Assembly (NCBI GenBank): GCA_963674695.2
Contig: CAXXGI010000003.1
Location: forward strand, 224,001 to 288,000
Direction of reading: 5' to 3'
DNA: 64,000 nucleotides
From: a bacterium
Lineage (GTDB): Bacteria > UBA10199 > 2-02-FULL-44-16 > JAAZCA01
Below the pieces are notes generated by a model that was given only the letters and a program-made list of their open reading frames with translations, did not search any database and was not told the DNA's origin. A program made the position numbers and the translations under genes. Below are positions 20,762-30,273 of the stretch, one piece after another. Within the stretch, counting starts at the first letter, position 1, and each line of letters begins with the position of its first letter.

Positions 20762-21400
20762 ATGACCGACATCATTCACATCGATCCGAAGCATCCTGAT
20801 CCCGCGGCGATTGAGCAGGCGGTGACCTATCTGCGCGATGGGCAGGTGATCGCCTATCCGACCGAGACGATCTATGGCTTAGGTGCCGATGTCTTCAATC
20901 GAAAAGCGGTCAAACGCATCTACGATCTCAAGGCACGCGATTACGGTCTCCCGATCGCGATTCTCATCGGCGACCTCTCCAACCTTCCCGACGTGACCTC
21001 TGAGGTGCCCGATCGCGCGTTGCCACTCATGCGCCATTTCTGGCCGGGGCCACTGACGATCCTCTTTCCCGCTGCAGCACATTTTCCAAAGGGGTTGGTC
21101 ACCCATACGGGCAAAGTGGGCATTCGCATCTCGTCCAACCCGATTGCGTTGGCCATCTCCAAGGCGTTTGGAAAACCGCTCACGACCACCAGTGCCAATC
21201 TTTCCAACTTTCCGCCTTCGCTCAGCATCAAACACGTGCAGAAGTATTTCGGACCGAAGTTGCCCTGTATCGTCGATGGCGGTGAGTGCGAGCCCACACG
21301 GGGATCGACGGTCATCGATATCGGCGACGATACCATGCGCATCATTCGCGAAGGAGCTATTCCCGCAGATGAAGTAATCCGGGTTTTTCAGGAAAGTTGA
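20762..21400 (+). CDS. tsaC: L-threonylcarbamoyladenylate synthase (TsaC/YrdC)
   Basis: YPTETIYGLG, FWPGPLT, TTSANLS, STVID. Confidence 0.92.
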   Translation: MTDIIHIDPKHPDPAAIEQAVTYLRDGQVIAYPTETIYGLGADVFNRKAVKRIYDLKARDYGLPIAILIGDLSNLPDVTSEVPDRALPLMRHFWPGPLTILFPAAAHFPKGLVTHTGKVGIRISSNPIALAISKAFGKPLTTTSANLSNFPPSLSIKHVQKYFGPKLPCIVDGGECEPTRGSTVIDIGDDTMRIIREGAIPADEVIRVFQES

Positions 21401-21532
21401 AGCTATTGTCTGTAATGTGAGCCATCTTATTGTTATATTCATTGGCATGGAGTAATAGGAATTGAAACGGAAAATCGAAAACCGATCACGAAGACTGAAT
21501 CGGATTTCTGACAGACCGAAAACGGAACCGGA

Positions 21533-21685
21533 TCAGGGAAGTCTCCCGATCCGATTGTATGCCGCCCGTAGAATCGCCTTATTCTCCTCCTGTACCTTGG
21601 CCGGAATCAGGGAGAAGTCACTGGCCAGATCTAGCGCCGCTGCCACCTCCGCGATGGACCCCATCGAGATCTGAAAGCATTTCTG
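21533..21685 (-). pseudogene. 3' remnant of four-helix-bundle (IVS-like) protein gene
   Basis: Minus strand reads KCFQISMGSIAEVAAALDLASDFSLIPAK...RLP*; no N-terminal half; paralogous to 21973-22176. Confidence 0.65.
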
Positions 21686-21972
21686 CTGTATTTTTTCACG
21701 ATGTCATTCCCGAGTGACGTAATCGGGAATCTCGCTCCAATCGAGATCCCCGCTTTCGCGGGGATGACAAAGCTCGAAACAGAACCTTTCTGATGATGAT
21801 TCTGATGCCGATGGTGATTGAATCCGATCATTCGTTTTCCGTTTCGGCTTATCGGTTATCCCAATCCGTTCTCCAAATCGATAAATCTCGATGATCTCTG
21901 AGCGATGATGTTGAAAAGCGGTCAAAGGCGACCACTACGAAGGCCGTTCGTAGTGGTCAGATTTTACCACTT

Positions 21973-22176
21973 TTGCGCATCAACTTGGCTGAGGGCAATG
22001 CACGGATGGGCGCGGGGGAACGCAAGCGCTTCTTTCAGATCTCAAGGGCATCGTTAGCGGAGGTATCGGCCTGCATTGATCTGGCCAGTGTCTTCTCCCT
22101 GATTCCGGCACGATGTGTCATGGAGAACAAGGAGCGAGCGGATAGGATCAGTCGAATGCTCTACCGACTCAGGTGA
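21973..22176 (+). pseudogene. 5'-truncated four-helix-bundle (IVS-like) protein gene
   Basis: INLAEG.AR....RKRFF.ISRASLAEV...LDLA matches the family NIAEG/IA.GS..E core; first helices are missing. Confidence 0.7.
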
Positions 22177-22321
22177 GTCGGTATCATGCTGTTGGAATCA
22201 GGAATCAATAATCGATGTTATCATCATCGATATCACCATTATAATCAGAGATCAGTGGTTATTTTTCAATGATGTTGAAAACCGAATATTTCATTGCAGA
22301 ATCATATCGTAGCTATTTTAT

Positions 22322-22810
22322 TTAATCGGTATTAGACCCCTTCCGGCGCGTTCCAAACCCCCGCTGCATGGCTCGGCGTGCGGCTTCTCGAATATCCTCA
22401 TCTGAAATTTGCTCGCTTGCGCGATCGATGAACTCAATCTCCTCTTCGGTCAGCGGGCGCTGGGGAGCGCGAAGATTTCGGCTGACGATGGGAGGTGGCT
22501 CCGGTAGATCGCCGTATTCGAATCGCATATCCTTGAGTCGTGCCTCGGGGAAGGCTTCGCGCAGACGGCTCAACAACTGTGGTTTGAGCAGTCCGAGCTC
22601 CTGTTTCCAGGTGGGGTGGGAAACGCGAATGGTCAGCATGCCGCGCATGAGTTGGGCTGGGCGCGCGTGCTTGGCGATCGCATCGCCGGCGAGCTCCTCC
22701 CAGCGCATCCAGATGCGGGCCAGCTGCATACGCCAGGCCAGTTCTTTGGCCTGCGCGCCTTTCCCCAAAATCTGCTTGAGCGCCATGAGCGGTGTTCGGC
22801 GTTTGCGCAT
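22322..22810 (-). CDS. DUF721/DciA family protein
   Basis: WEELAGDAIAKHARP...GMLTIRVSHPTWKQELGLLKPQLL. Confidence 0.8.
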   Translation of the reverse strand: MRKRRTPLMALKQILGKGAQAKELAWRMQLARIWMRWEELAGDAIAKHARPAQLMRGMLTIRVSHPTWKQELGLLKPQLLSRLREAFPEARLKDMRFEYGDLPEPPPIVSRNLRAPQRPLTEEEIEFIDRASEQISDEDIREAARRAMQRGFGTRRKGSNTD

Positions 22811-22949
22811 GCCGGGAGTGTTAGCAGAGCGGTGACACAGAAGCAACCAGGCAGAACGGTCCTTTCAGGGGTCTTTTGTGTGCACCCTTTGCGATTGACA
22901 AGAAGGCCTTTTTGAGAAATATTCCCCCGCCTTTCAGGAGGGGCTATTC

Positions 22950-23315
22950 ATGAATAAGAAAGATATCGCGCACTTCAAGAAGATTCTGCTCGAGCGCAAA
23001 CAGGCTGTTTTCAATACGGCCGAGGCCATTCGCGAAGAGGGGATTGGCGTCGAAAAAGACGATCTGGCCGATGAGGTCGATATGGCCTCATCTGAGACGG
23101 GCCAGGCCCTCAACCTTCGCTTGCGCGATCGGGAGCTCGTGCTCCTCAAGAAGATCGACAAGACGCTTGAGAAGATGGACGAGGGTGAGTTCGGTGTCTG
23201 TGAACGCTGTGGCGAAGAGATCGGTAAGAAACGCCTCGAAGCGCGCCCCGTTGCCGAGATGTGCATTCGGTGCAAGGAAGAACTCGAGAAGAAGGAGAAG
23301 GGATACGCTGGTTGA
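22950..23315 (+). CDS. dksA: DksA/TraR zinc-finger protein
   Basis: DEVDMA coiled-coil tip, CERCGEEI...RLEARP...CIRCK; AGGAGG RBS. Confidence 0.9.
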   Translation: MNKKDIAHFKKILLERKQAVFNTAEAIREEGIGVEKDDLADEVDMASSETGQALNLRLRDRELVLLKKIDKTLEKMDEGEFGVCERCGEEIGKKRLEARPVAEMCIRCKEELEKKEKGYAG

Positions 23316-23338
23316 GTGTTAAACGAATCAAATTGATA

Positions 23339-23370
23339 GGGCCCGCAATCGATGCGGGTCCTTTTTTTTA
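23339..23370 (+). terminator. intrinsic terminator
   Basis: GGGCCCGCA-ATCGA-TGCGGGTCC followed by T8. Confidence 0.75.
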
Positions 23371-23631
23371 GTCGGTTTTCGAGTTCGTGCCGCATTCATT
23401 GCGGAACAGGGCCCATTCTTCGCAGACCGTTCCGTCGGGCAGATGGCAGATGCCCGATTCATTTCCCTCCGCATCTTTTACGATTTTCAGTTGTCCACCG
23501 CGTTCAATACAGTGCACCGAAGCGGGATTGGGCATGCCGATCATCTTCTCGGAGCTGTTTTGTTTCTCCTCTTCGCCACTGCTGCAGGCGGCGATGAGGC
23601 ACAATGTGCTGACGATGATGAAGGGACGCAT
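23368..23631 (-). CDS. DUF333 lipoprotein
   Basis: Lipobox IAAC; GMPNPASVHC..GG...GICHLPDG.VCEEWALFR. Confidence 0.88.
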   Translation of the reverse strand: MRPFIIVSTLCLIAACSSGEEEKQNSSEKMIGMPNPASVHCIERGGQLKIVKDAEGNESGICHLPDGTVCEEWALFRNECGTNSKTD

Positions 23632-23663
23632 GGCTTCCTCTCGTAAACTGATTATTCTAAGGG

Positions 23664-23752
23664 TGTCATCCTGAGTGAAGCGAAGGATCTCCATAGAATT
23701 CTGGGGGATTCTTCGCTGCGCCCCATACGACGGGGCTTCTCTCAGAATGACA
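23664..23752. repeat. REP-like doublet (GTCATCCTGAG variant)
   Basis: TGTCATCCTGAGTGAAGCGAAGGATCTC ... GATTCTTCGCT..CTCAGAATGACA. Confidence 0.7.
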
Positions 23753-23781
23753 TCAATTGCACATTTCTGGCATTCAGACTC

Positions 23782-26304
23782 TTAGCTTTGCTTGATCTCT
23801 CGCGCATAGATGGTGCGCACAGTCTCTCGCACTCGATCGAGCTCCGAGATGAGCGATGCCGGGTTTTCATATCCCATGCCTTCGGCCAGCGCGGGGAGAT
23901 AGGCGGCGTTTGCATCGATCCTATCCGCATCGTGTCCAAGCAGGAGGCGCAGGCGTGCCAAGAGTTGGCGCAGAAAGGCGAGCGCGTCCTGGAGCTTATC
24001 CTGTTGGTCCGCTTCGATGAGGTTTGTCCCTGCCAGGGCATCGAGGAGCTCGTCTGAATTCTGTCGGCGCAACTCCGGATATGCTGGTACGTGCAGCAGT
24101 TGGTGATGTCGGATGATCGATTCGATGTCGGCCAGTCCCCCGGGGCCGATCTTGAGGTTGCGCACGGTTTCCGTTTCACGTGCTCGTTCGTCGATAAAGC
24201 GCGAACGCAGATGATCGATCTCCTCGCGCAGCGCCTTCTCCTTCGGCGGCGTCAGTTCAAAGGCGAGGTGGTCGAGGGTGTGTTCCACCTTTTCTGTAAA
24301 TGCCTCGTCCCCGGCAATGACGCGTGCCTTGAGCAGTGCCTGGCGTTCCCAGAGCGCCGCACCGCGCTCATGGTAGTCGCAGAAGGTGGCCAGACTCGCC
24401 ACCAGCGTTCCCTGTCCGCCGGAGGGGCGCAGCTCCGCATCGACCAGATAGGTGCGTCCATATCGTGTCATGAGCGAAATGAGCGAGATCGTGCGCTGGG
24501 CGAGTTTGGTGAAGAATTCGACGTTCGCGATAGGACGTTCGCCGTCGGTCGTTCCCTTCTCTTCATAGAGAAAGATCAGGTCCAGATCGGAACCGTAGTC
24601 GATCTCCCGCGCACCCAGTCGACCCAGCGCGACGATGGCAAAGCCAGCGGGATCGCCCTGTTCGGTGCGGGGGTTTCCATAGCGCTCGGCGAGTCGCAAG
24701 CGGGCCATGCGCCACGCGCCTTCGATGGCAGCTTCCGCCACCAGCGAGAGTCGTCGCAGGACACGTCCGATGGGGAGGCGTCCCTCCAGATCGAGGCGCA
24801 CGATGCGTTGGACTTCGCGTTTCTTGAACCACGCCAGCGAGTCGGCGGCTTCTTCCTCGTCCGCCGCACGCGCGACGTTCTCGCGCAGGACCTCGTCGAA
24901 TTCCAGCCGTTCATAGTCGGCTTCGAACAGGGCGCGAAAGAGGCGCGCGATCGCCTGGCGATGTTGTGAAAGTTGGGCAGAAAATTCCTGTGTGCCATCT
25001 TCTGCAACGTAACCCATACGTCGGGCAAGCGCGGTGGTCGCATTCATATCATCGGGCAGCCGATGGGTCTGAACGTCGTCGACCGCCTGGAGCATATTCT
25101 CCGTTCGGCGCAGAAACGCCCAAGCATGGTGCAGACGCGCGGCGACATCCGGATGGATGATCTCCGCGTTCGACAGGAAGTCGATGGCGTCAAAGGTGTT
25201 GGAGGTACGCAGCTCTGGGCGTGCGCCGCCGAAGAGGAGCTGAAAGGCCTGCACGAGAAACTCCGCTTCGCGGATGGAACCCTTGCCATGTTTGATGTCA
25301 TCGTTGCGACGACGCAAAACCTTGCGCTCCATGCGTTCCTTGAGCGTGCACATGTGCGTCAGGTCCGCCAACGAGATCGAGCGGCGATAGACGAAGGGGC
25401 GCATCGCCTCCAGAAAACGTTCGCCGAGCGCGATGTCACCCGCGACGGGGCGAGCACGGATGAGCGCCTGCCGCTCCCAGTCGCTCCCGAAGTATTCATA
25501 ATAGCGTTCTGCCGCCGCAACCGAATTTGCCAGCGGCCCCTGAAGACCTTCCGGGCGCAGATCATGATCGACGCGAAAGACAAAGCCGTCCGGCGTGACC
25601 TGGGCCAGTAGGCGCGTGAACCTGCGCGTGTATGTGACGAAGCATTCATGCAGGCTCGTCGCGCTCTCGTCCTCGCGCGTGGCCTGGCCCTGGTCGGAGG
25701 TGTAGAGGACGAGGAGGTCGATATCCGAGCTGATGTTGAGTTCATTTCCGCCGAGTTTGCCCAGGCCGATGATGCAGACGCCGCAATCCGCAGGCGTTCC
25801 CTCGGCATGCGTGCAGCGAGGCGTGCCAAATCGATTCCGGGTCTCGTTGAGGGCGCGCATACTCGCTGCCTCGATCAATACATCAGCCAGTTCCGTCCAC
25901 TCGGCGAGCATCGCATTCGTGTCGATGGAGCCCGTGAGATCGCGTGCGACCAGACGCGCGAGCTCACGGTATTTCATCTGGCGCAGGGCGCGCACAAAAC
26001 CCTCGTCGTCCGGCTGGGCGGCGATGGCCTGCTCAAGTTCCTGTATCATCGTCGTCTTCGGCTTGCGTGCATTCCAGAACGGGGAATCGACGATCGCCTC
26101 CGCCCAGTCCGGATGTGCGATCAGTCGCTCGGCGAGGATATGGCTGTTGCCGAAGATGCGGGTGAGCGTGCGTGCGCCCTCGCGGTTCCAATTGAATGCG
26201 CCTACAGATGAAGCGTGACAGGTCGCCTCAAAACGCGCGAAGTCCTGCCGACCCCGCTCGGGCTCGGCCGCTTGTGCAATGATTTGTTCGATGGAACGAA
26301 GCAT
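23782..26304 (-). CDS. glnE: glutamine synthetase adenylyltransferase GlnE (compact, two nucleotidyltransferase domains)
   Basis: GLGKLGGNELNISSDIDL and ALGRLGAREIDYGSDLDL; LRP.G and WERQAL twice. Confidence 0.9.
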   Translation of the reverse strand: MLRSIEQIIAQAAEPERGRQDFARFEATCHASSVGAFNWNREGARTLTRIFGNSHILAERLIAHPDWAEAIVDSPFWNARKPKTTMIQELEQAIAAQPDDEGFVRALRQMKYRELARLVARDLTGSIDTNAMLAEWTELADVLIEAASMRALNETRNRFGTPRCTHAEGTPADCGVCIIGLGKLGGNELNISSDIDLLVLYTSDQGQATREDESATSLHECFVTYTRRFTRLLAQVTPDGFVFRVDHDLRPEGLQGPLANSVAAAERYYEYFGSDWERQALIRARPVAGDIALGERFLEAMRPFVYRRSISLADLTHMCTLKERMERKVLRRRNDDIKHGKGSIREAEFLVQAFQLLFGGARPELRTSNTFDAIDFLSNAEIIHPDVAARLHHAWAFLRRTENMLQAVDDVQTHRLPDDMNATTALARRMGYVAEDGTQEFSAQLSQHRQAIARLFRALFEADYERLEFDEVLRENVARAADEEEAADSLAWFKKREVQRIVRLDLEGRLPIGRVLRRLSLVAEAAIEGAWRMARLRLAERYGNPRTEQGDPAGFAIVALGRLGAREIDYGSDLDLIFLYEEKGTTDGERPIANVEFFTKLAQRTISLISLMTRYGRTYLVDAELRPSGGQGTLVASLATFCDYHERGAALWERQALLKARVIAGDEAFTEKVEHTLDHLAFELTPPKEKALREEIDHLRSRFIDERARETETVRNLKIGPGGLADIESIIRHHQLLHVPAYPELRRQNSDELLDALAGTNLIEADQQDKLQDALAFLRQLLARLRLLLGHDADRIDANAAYLPALAEGMGYENPASLISELDRVRETVRTIYAREIKQS

Positions 26305-26433
26305 GAGAGAGCGCAATCCGTGTGCAGGATGTTGCTCCGGGGTGGTCGTAATGGTTCCCCGCGAGGTGCCTCTTATGTACGATGCTCTTCGTTCTTTGGC
26401 AAGGACGGTGTTGTTCGCGAACGCGTATGAGCG

Positions 26434-27141
26434 TTACTCGCCATGGTTGGGGTTGGAATAGCCGGTCCCATTGGAACAGTGAATTTCCTTCCAATCGGTG
26501 AGGGTTGTTTCACATCCCCAGTATTGACCTCCGCCCGAAGAATAGGAAGAGATGTGTGTTCCGTCAGGGGACGCGTATCGCTCGTGGCTGATCTCTCGCG
26601 TCGTATTGCTTTTGTTGTCTGAATACTCAGCTCCGATGATGGTGTGGTCGCCTTGTTCAGCATTGCAGACAGCCTGAGTGATCTTCTCTTTGAGTGTCGT
26701 TCGGTTTCTTTCACATCCTTCGCCATAGACGAGGCTCCATCCGTATCTCTCGAAGGGCTTGCCCCCGATTCGACTGTACTTCTTGATGGCCTGGAGTATG
26801 TGCGGTGGTGCAGGGGGGAGTGAGGGCGTTTTTCTCGATCGCTTTTTTTTCGGTTTCTTTTTTGCTGTTTTCTTCGGGATTGGTTTTTTTCTTCCGTTGA
26901 CGCGTATCGCATCGATCGCCTTTTTCGTTTTTGCCGCCCGCAGTATGCGCACGACCCATTGGGCGCAGGACTTTTTCGTTTTTTTCGGTAGAGGGCTGGT
27001 GAGGGTTGAAGACGTTATGTTGAGGGGTCTCTTCTTGTCCGTGTTGCATACACCGACTCGTTCCACACAAGCATTGAAATGATCGGGTCCCTTCTTGTTC
27101 AGGGGAAGGCATATTTTTCTGGCATCTATTCTCATTGCCAT
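26434..27141 (-). CDS. orphan Lys-rich hypothetical protein
   Basis: GAGGAGGAG RBS, lower GC, own upstream promoter motif; no recognised domain. Confidence 0.7.
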   Translation of the reverse strand: MAMRIDARKICLPLNKKGPDHFNACVERVGVCNTDKKRPLNITSSTLTSPLPKKTKKSCAQWVVRILRAAKTKKAIDAIRVNGRKKPIPKKTAKKKPKKKRSRKTPSLPPAPPHILQAIKKYSRIGGKPFERYGWSLVYGEGCERNRTTLKEKITQAVCNAEQGDHTIIGAEYSDNKSNTTREISHERYASPDGTHISSYSSGGGQYWGCETTLTDWKEIHCSNGTGYSNPNHGE

Positions 27142-27210
27142 CTTCTCCTCCTCGTCGCGCAGATAGGCCCATGTGTTTTGTTCCCCTTCGTCAGAAGGGT
27201 CTCTCTATGA

Positions 27211-27236
27211 TTATCGGAAATGATTGCGAGAAGTTG
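27211..27236 (-). promoter_or_regulatory. sigma28-like promoter
   Basis: CAACTT-N13-CCGATAA on the minus strand. Confidence 0.55.
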
Positions 27237-27270
27237 TTTGATTAATGTTCAAGATCGCCGGATAGAATGA

Positions 27271-30200
27271 TCATGATTTCTGTCCGCTCTTGAGTCGATC
27301 CTCCCAACATATCCCATTGTGATGATAGGCGCAGTTCTGGCACGGGGGCTGCGTTTCTTTTTTCTGCTCAAAGGCGTGCGCCTCGATGCACTGCATGGTC
27401 TCCCGGATGCGTGCGAGACCGTCGGTGCGGCGCGCGTCGGTCATCTCGATGCGGTGGACGATCTGGGGTTTGAGGAAGGTGAGCGTGGTTGCAGAAATCC
27501 TCTTCCCGGTCGCCGCTTCCGCGGCCAAGGCATAACAGATGAGCTGGAGATCATAGGTCTGCGCGCGCTCCTCCACCTGATCTGCATCGACGCGGTCGGT
27601 CTTGAAGTCGATCACCTCGAAGCCGTCTCCATCGGGTTTGAGCCAATCGATGCTGCCGATGATCGTCGCCGCATCGATGCGCCACTCGAAGGGGAGCTCA
27701 TGCGCGCCCTCACGCAGTTCATGGAGGAGGGGGATCTTGAGGGCGTGTTCGATTTCACGCTGAACCGCCCGCAGCGTTTGTTGCGTCGGGTCGGCGCCGC
27801 TTCTCAAACACCCCGTGCGGATCTGGTCGGTGAGGCTCTGGAGGTCACTCGGATCGAGTCCATCGAGGACGCCGTGAACGATCGAGCCCAGGACGTTGGC
27901 CGGCAGCTCTCCGTCGCCCTCTCGGAAGATGCCGGTGGCGGGCAGTCCCAGCACATATTTCAGTTCATACTCACGCGGACAGCGCTCGAAACACTCGAGC
28001 TGGCTGACGGTGTACACGTGGCGAGAAACGAGAGGCGAAGGGCGAAGGGTGAAGGGCGACAAAGCGCCGAGGGGTGAAACATCGATTGTGTTTTGAGGGA
28101 TGTTGCGCCCCTCGTCCTTCGCCCCAGCGAGTGGAGCGAGCGATCGCCCTTCGTGTGTCGGTATGTCCATCTGCACAACGACGGGTTCGAGCCACTTGTG
28201 CCACGGTCCCGAGCGCGAGATGCCCTCGTGAATTGGCAGGAGCAGGAGCTCCATCGCGCGGGTCATGGCGACATAGAGCAGGCGTTTCGATTCTGCTTCG
28301 TCCTCGGTCCGTTCATGATCGCGAAGGGCGCTGTAGCGATCCGTCTCCACGCGGGGTCCGAAGGGCTGATCCGGATCCTTTTGTTTGAAGGCGATGCCCT
28401 CCTGACGGACGAATTGCCAGCGCCCTCCCGTGTTATGTCCCCCCCGGAAGAGGTCGGGAAGGATCACGACCGGAAACTCGAGCCCCTTGGCGGCGTGTAC
28501 GGTCATGAGCCGAACCGCGCCGCTGGCATCGCCCGCGGCGGGGGCATTTCCCAGACGCGCGCTGCGCTCCTTGAGTTCGCGCACGAATCCGGCAAAGGCG
28601 CCGAGCGGGGTCGGCGTCTCGCGTTCGATCGATTCGGCCAGCGCCAGAAAACGATCGATATTGGCCGTCATGCCGCCGGAGGTATCGAGGGCATGGCAGA
28701 TCAGCTCGTATCCCGTTCGATCCAGGACCCTTCGGATGATCTCGGAGGGGCGCAGATGTCGACCCATCTCCTGCAGATCGTTCAGGAGGCCGCAGCGTTC
28801 ATCGATGCGTGCTGCCTCGACGAGTGAGTCCCCCCGTGGCCCGGCAAAACGCACCAGGTCGTCGTCGGAAAGACCGATGAGGGGAGAGCGGACAAGGCCC
28901 AGCAGGGCGATCTCGTTTTCCGGGTCGGCGGCATATTCCAAGCAGAGCAGCAGGTCGACGATCTCCTGCCGGGCGAGCAGCCCGCGTCCGCCGAAGACGC
29001 GATAGGGGATTCCGGCTTGTTGCAGCGCGTTTTCATAGGCGACGATGTCGGTGAGCGCTTGAAAGAGACAGACGATATCGCCGAGCTCGAAACGATCGCT
29101 GCTCGTCAGCGCCGTGATCGTCTGTGCGATGGCCTCGGCCTCGGCTATGCGGCGCTCGGCGGCGCTGGTCTTGGCGTCGGTGCTGACGATGGGAATGCGC
29201 GCGACCGAGGGCAATGCGCCGTCGTCATCGCGAGCGGCGATCATGTTTTCACTCGCGGCGCTCACGCCGTCTTGGGCCAACTGTTCGAAGAGTCCGTCCG
29301 AGAGATTCTCCTGGCAGTGATTGACGAAGGTGATGATGCCCGGTCGCGAACGGAAGTTCTCCGCCAGGTGGATGGTCTCGCCCCCATGGGCGCGGATGCG
29401 TTCGAGTGTCTGGGCGAAGCAGCCGACGTTGGCGCCGCGGAAGCGATAGATCGACTGGCGCGGATCGCCTACGATGCAGAGGCGGTTTCGTTTGGGGTCG
29501 AAGAGTTTCAGGACGAGCAGCGTCTGTAAGTCGTTGGTGTCCTGAAATTCGTCGACGAGCAGGTGCGAAAACCGTCGCTGATAGAGCTCGCATATCGAAG
29601 GGTGTTCGGTCAGCAGTCGAAGGGCTTGGATTTCGAGGGCCTGAAAGTCGAGGGCATCCATGCGCGCGAATTGTGCTGAGAGGTGGGTGCAGGCAAGGGT
29701 GAAGGCGGCGCCCAGTGCGGAGAGGAGTGCGGCTTCTTCCGCTGCTGCGGGCTGCTCGAAGATGCGCTGTGCATGCCACCGAAACTGCATCAGCTCTTCG
29801 AGGGCTCCAGTCACCGTTCGGAAATCGAGGGCATCGACGAGCAGAGCGGTGGGGGCATCATCCTGTTCGAGAAGGGTCATCAGTGTGTGGTGCACCGCCT
29901 GGCGCGCGACGAGACCCGCCGCGTTTTCATCGAGGATGCCGAAGGAGGGGTCGAGCCCCAGTACGGGGGTATGGGCGCGGATGATGCGGGCACAGAAGGC
30001 GTGGAAGGTGCCGATCCAGGCCTCTTCGATGCGATGGTGTTGTTCGGCCGGAATGCGACGGCGCAGACGTGCCTTGAGCTCTCCGGCCGCTTTCTCCGTG
30101 AACGTGATGGCGAGGAGACGATCGAGTGCGCCCCAATCATCCTCGATGATGTGCAGGCATCGCTCGATGAGCACGGTGGTTTTGCCCGAACCGGCTCCGG

Positions 30201-30273
30201 CCACGACGGACATGGAGCGGTCGATGGCGAAGGCCACCGCATTCTGAGCTTCAGTGAACGACGTGTCCGGCAT
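27271..30273 (-). CDS. addA: AddA-like UvrD helicase with C-terminal PD-(D/E)XK nuclease
   Basis: AGAGSGKT, TFTEKAA, VDEFQDTN, VGDPRQSIYRFRGA, TVHAAKGLEF, YVAMTRA; G.ID...IDFKT..QL..Y. Confidence 0.88.
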   Translation of the reverse strand: MPDTSFTEAQNAVAFAIDRSMSVVAGAGSGKTTVLIERCLHIIEDDWGALDRLLAITFTEKAAGELKARLRRRIPAEQHHRIEEAWIGTFHAFCARIIRAHTPVLGLDPSFGILDENAAGLVARQAVHHTLMTLLEQDDAPTALLVDALDFRTVTGALEELMQFRWHAQRIFEQPAAAEEAALLSALGAAFTLACTHLSAQFARMDALDFQALEIQALRLLTEHPSICELYQRRFSHLLVDEFQDTNDLQTLLVLKLFDPKRNRLCIVGDPRQSIYRFRGANVGCFAQTLERIRAHGGETIHLAENFRSRPGIITFVNHCQENLSDGLFEQLAQDGVSAASENMIAARDDDGALPSVARIPIVSTDAKTSAAERRIAEAEAIAQTITALTSSDRFELGDIVCLFQALTDIVAYENALQQAGIPYRVFGGRGLLARQEIVDLLLCLEYAADPENEIALLGLVRSPLIGLSDDDLVRFAGPRGDSLVEAARIDERCGLLNDLQEMGRHLRPSEIIRRVLDRTGYELICHALDTSGGMTANIDRFLALAESIERETPTPLGAFAGFVRELKERSARLGNAPAAGDASGAVRLMTVHAAKGLEFPVVILPDLFRGGHNTGGRWQFVRQEGIAFKQKDPDQPFGPRVETDRYSALRDHERTEDEAESKRLLYVAMTRAMELLLLPIHEGISRSGPWHKWLEPVVVQMDIPTHEGRSLAPLAGAKDEGRNIPQNTIDVSPLGALSPFTLRPSPLVSRHVYTVSQLECFERCPREYELKYVLGLPATGIFREGDGELPANVLGSIVHGVLDGLDPSDLQSLTDQIRTGCLRSGADPTQQTLRAVQREIEHALKIPLLHELREGAHELPFEWRIDAATIIGSIDWLKPDGDGFEVIDFKTDRVDADQVEERAQTYDLQLICYALAAEAATGKRISATTLTFLKPQIVHRIEMTDARRTDGLARIRETMQCIEAHAFEQKKETQPPCQNCAYHHNGICWEDRLKSGQKS

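Noticed and set aside
21533-22176. Diversity-generating retroelement or shufflon (Avd-like genes, paired similar sequences)
   Set aside because: No reverse transcriptase or recombinase in the window, and the differences between copies are not adenine-specific.
27640-27960. Cas4-like nuclease suggesting a CRISPR adaptation module
   Set aside because: It is the RecB-type C-terminal domain of AddA; no cas1/cas2 or array.
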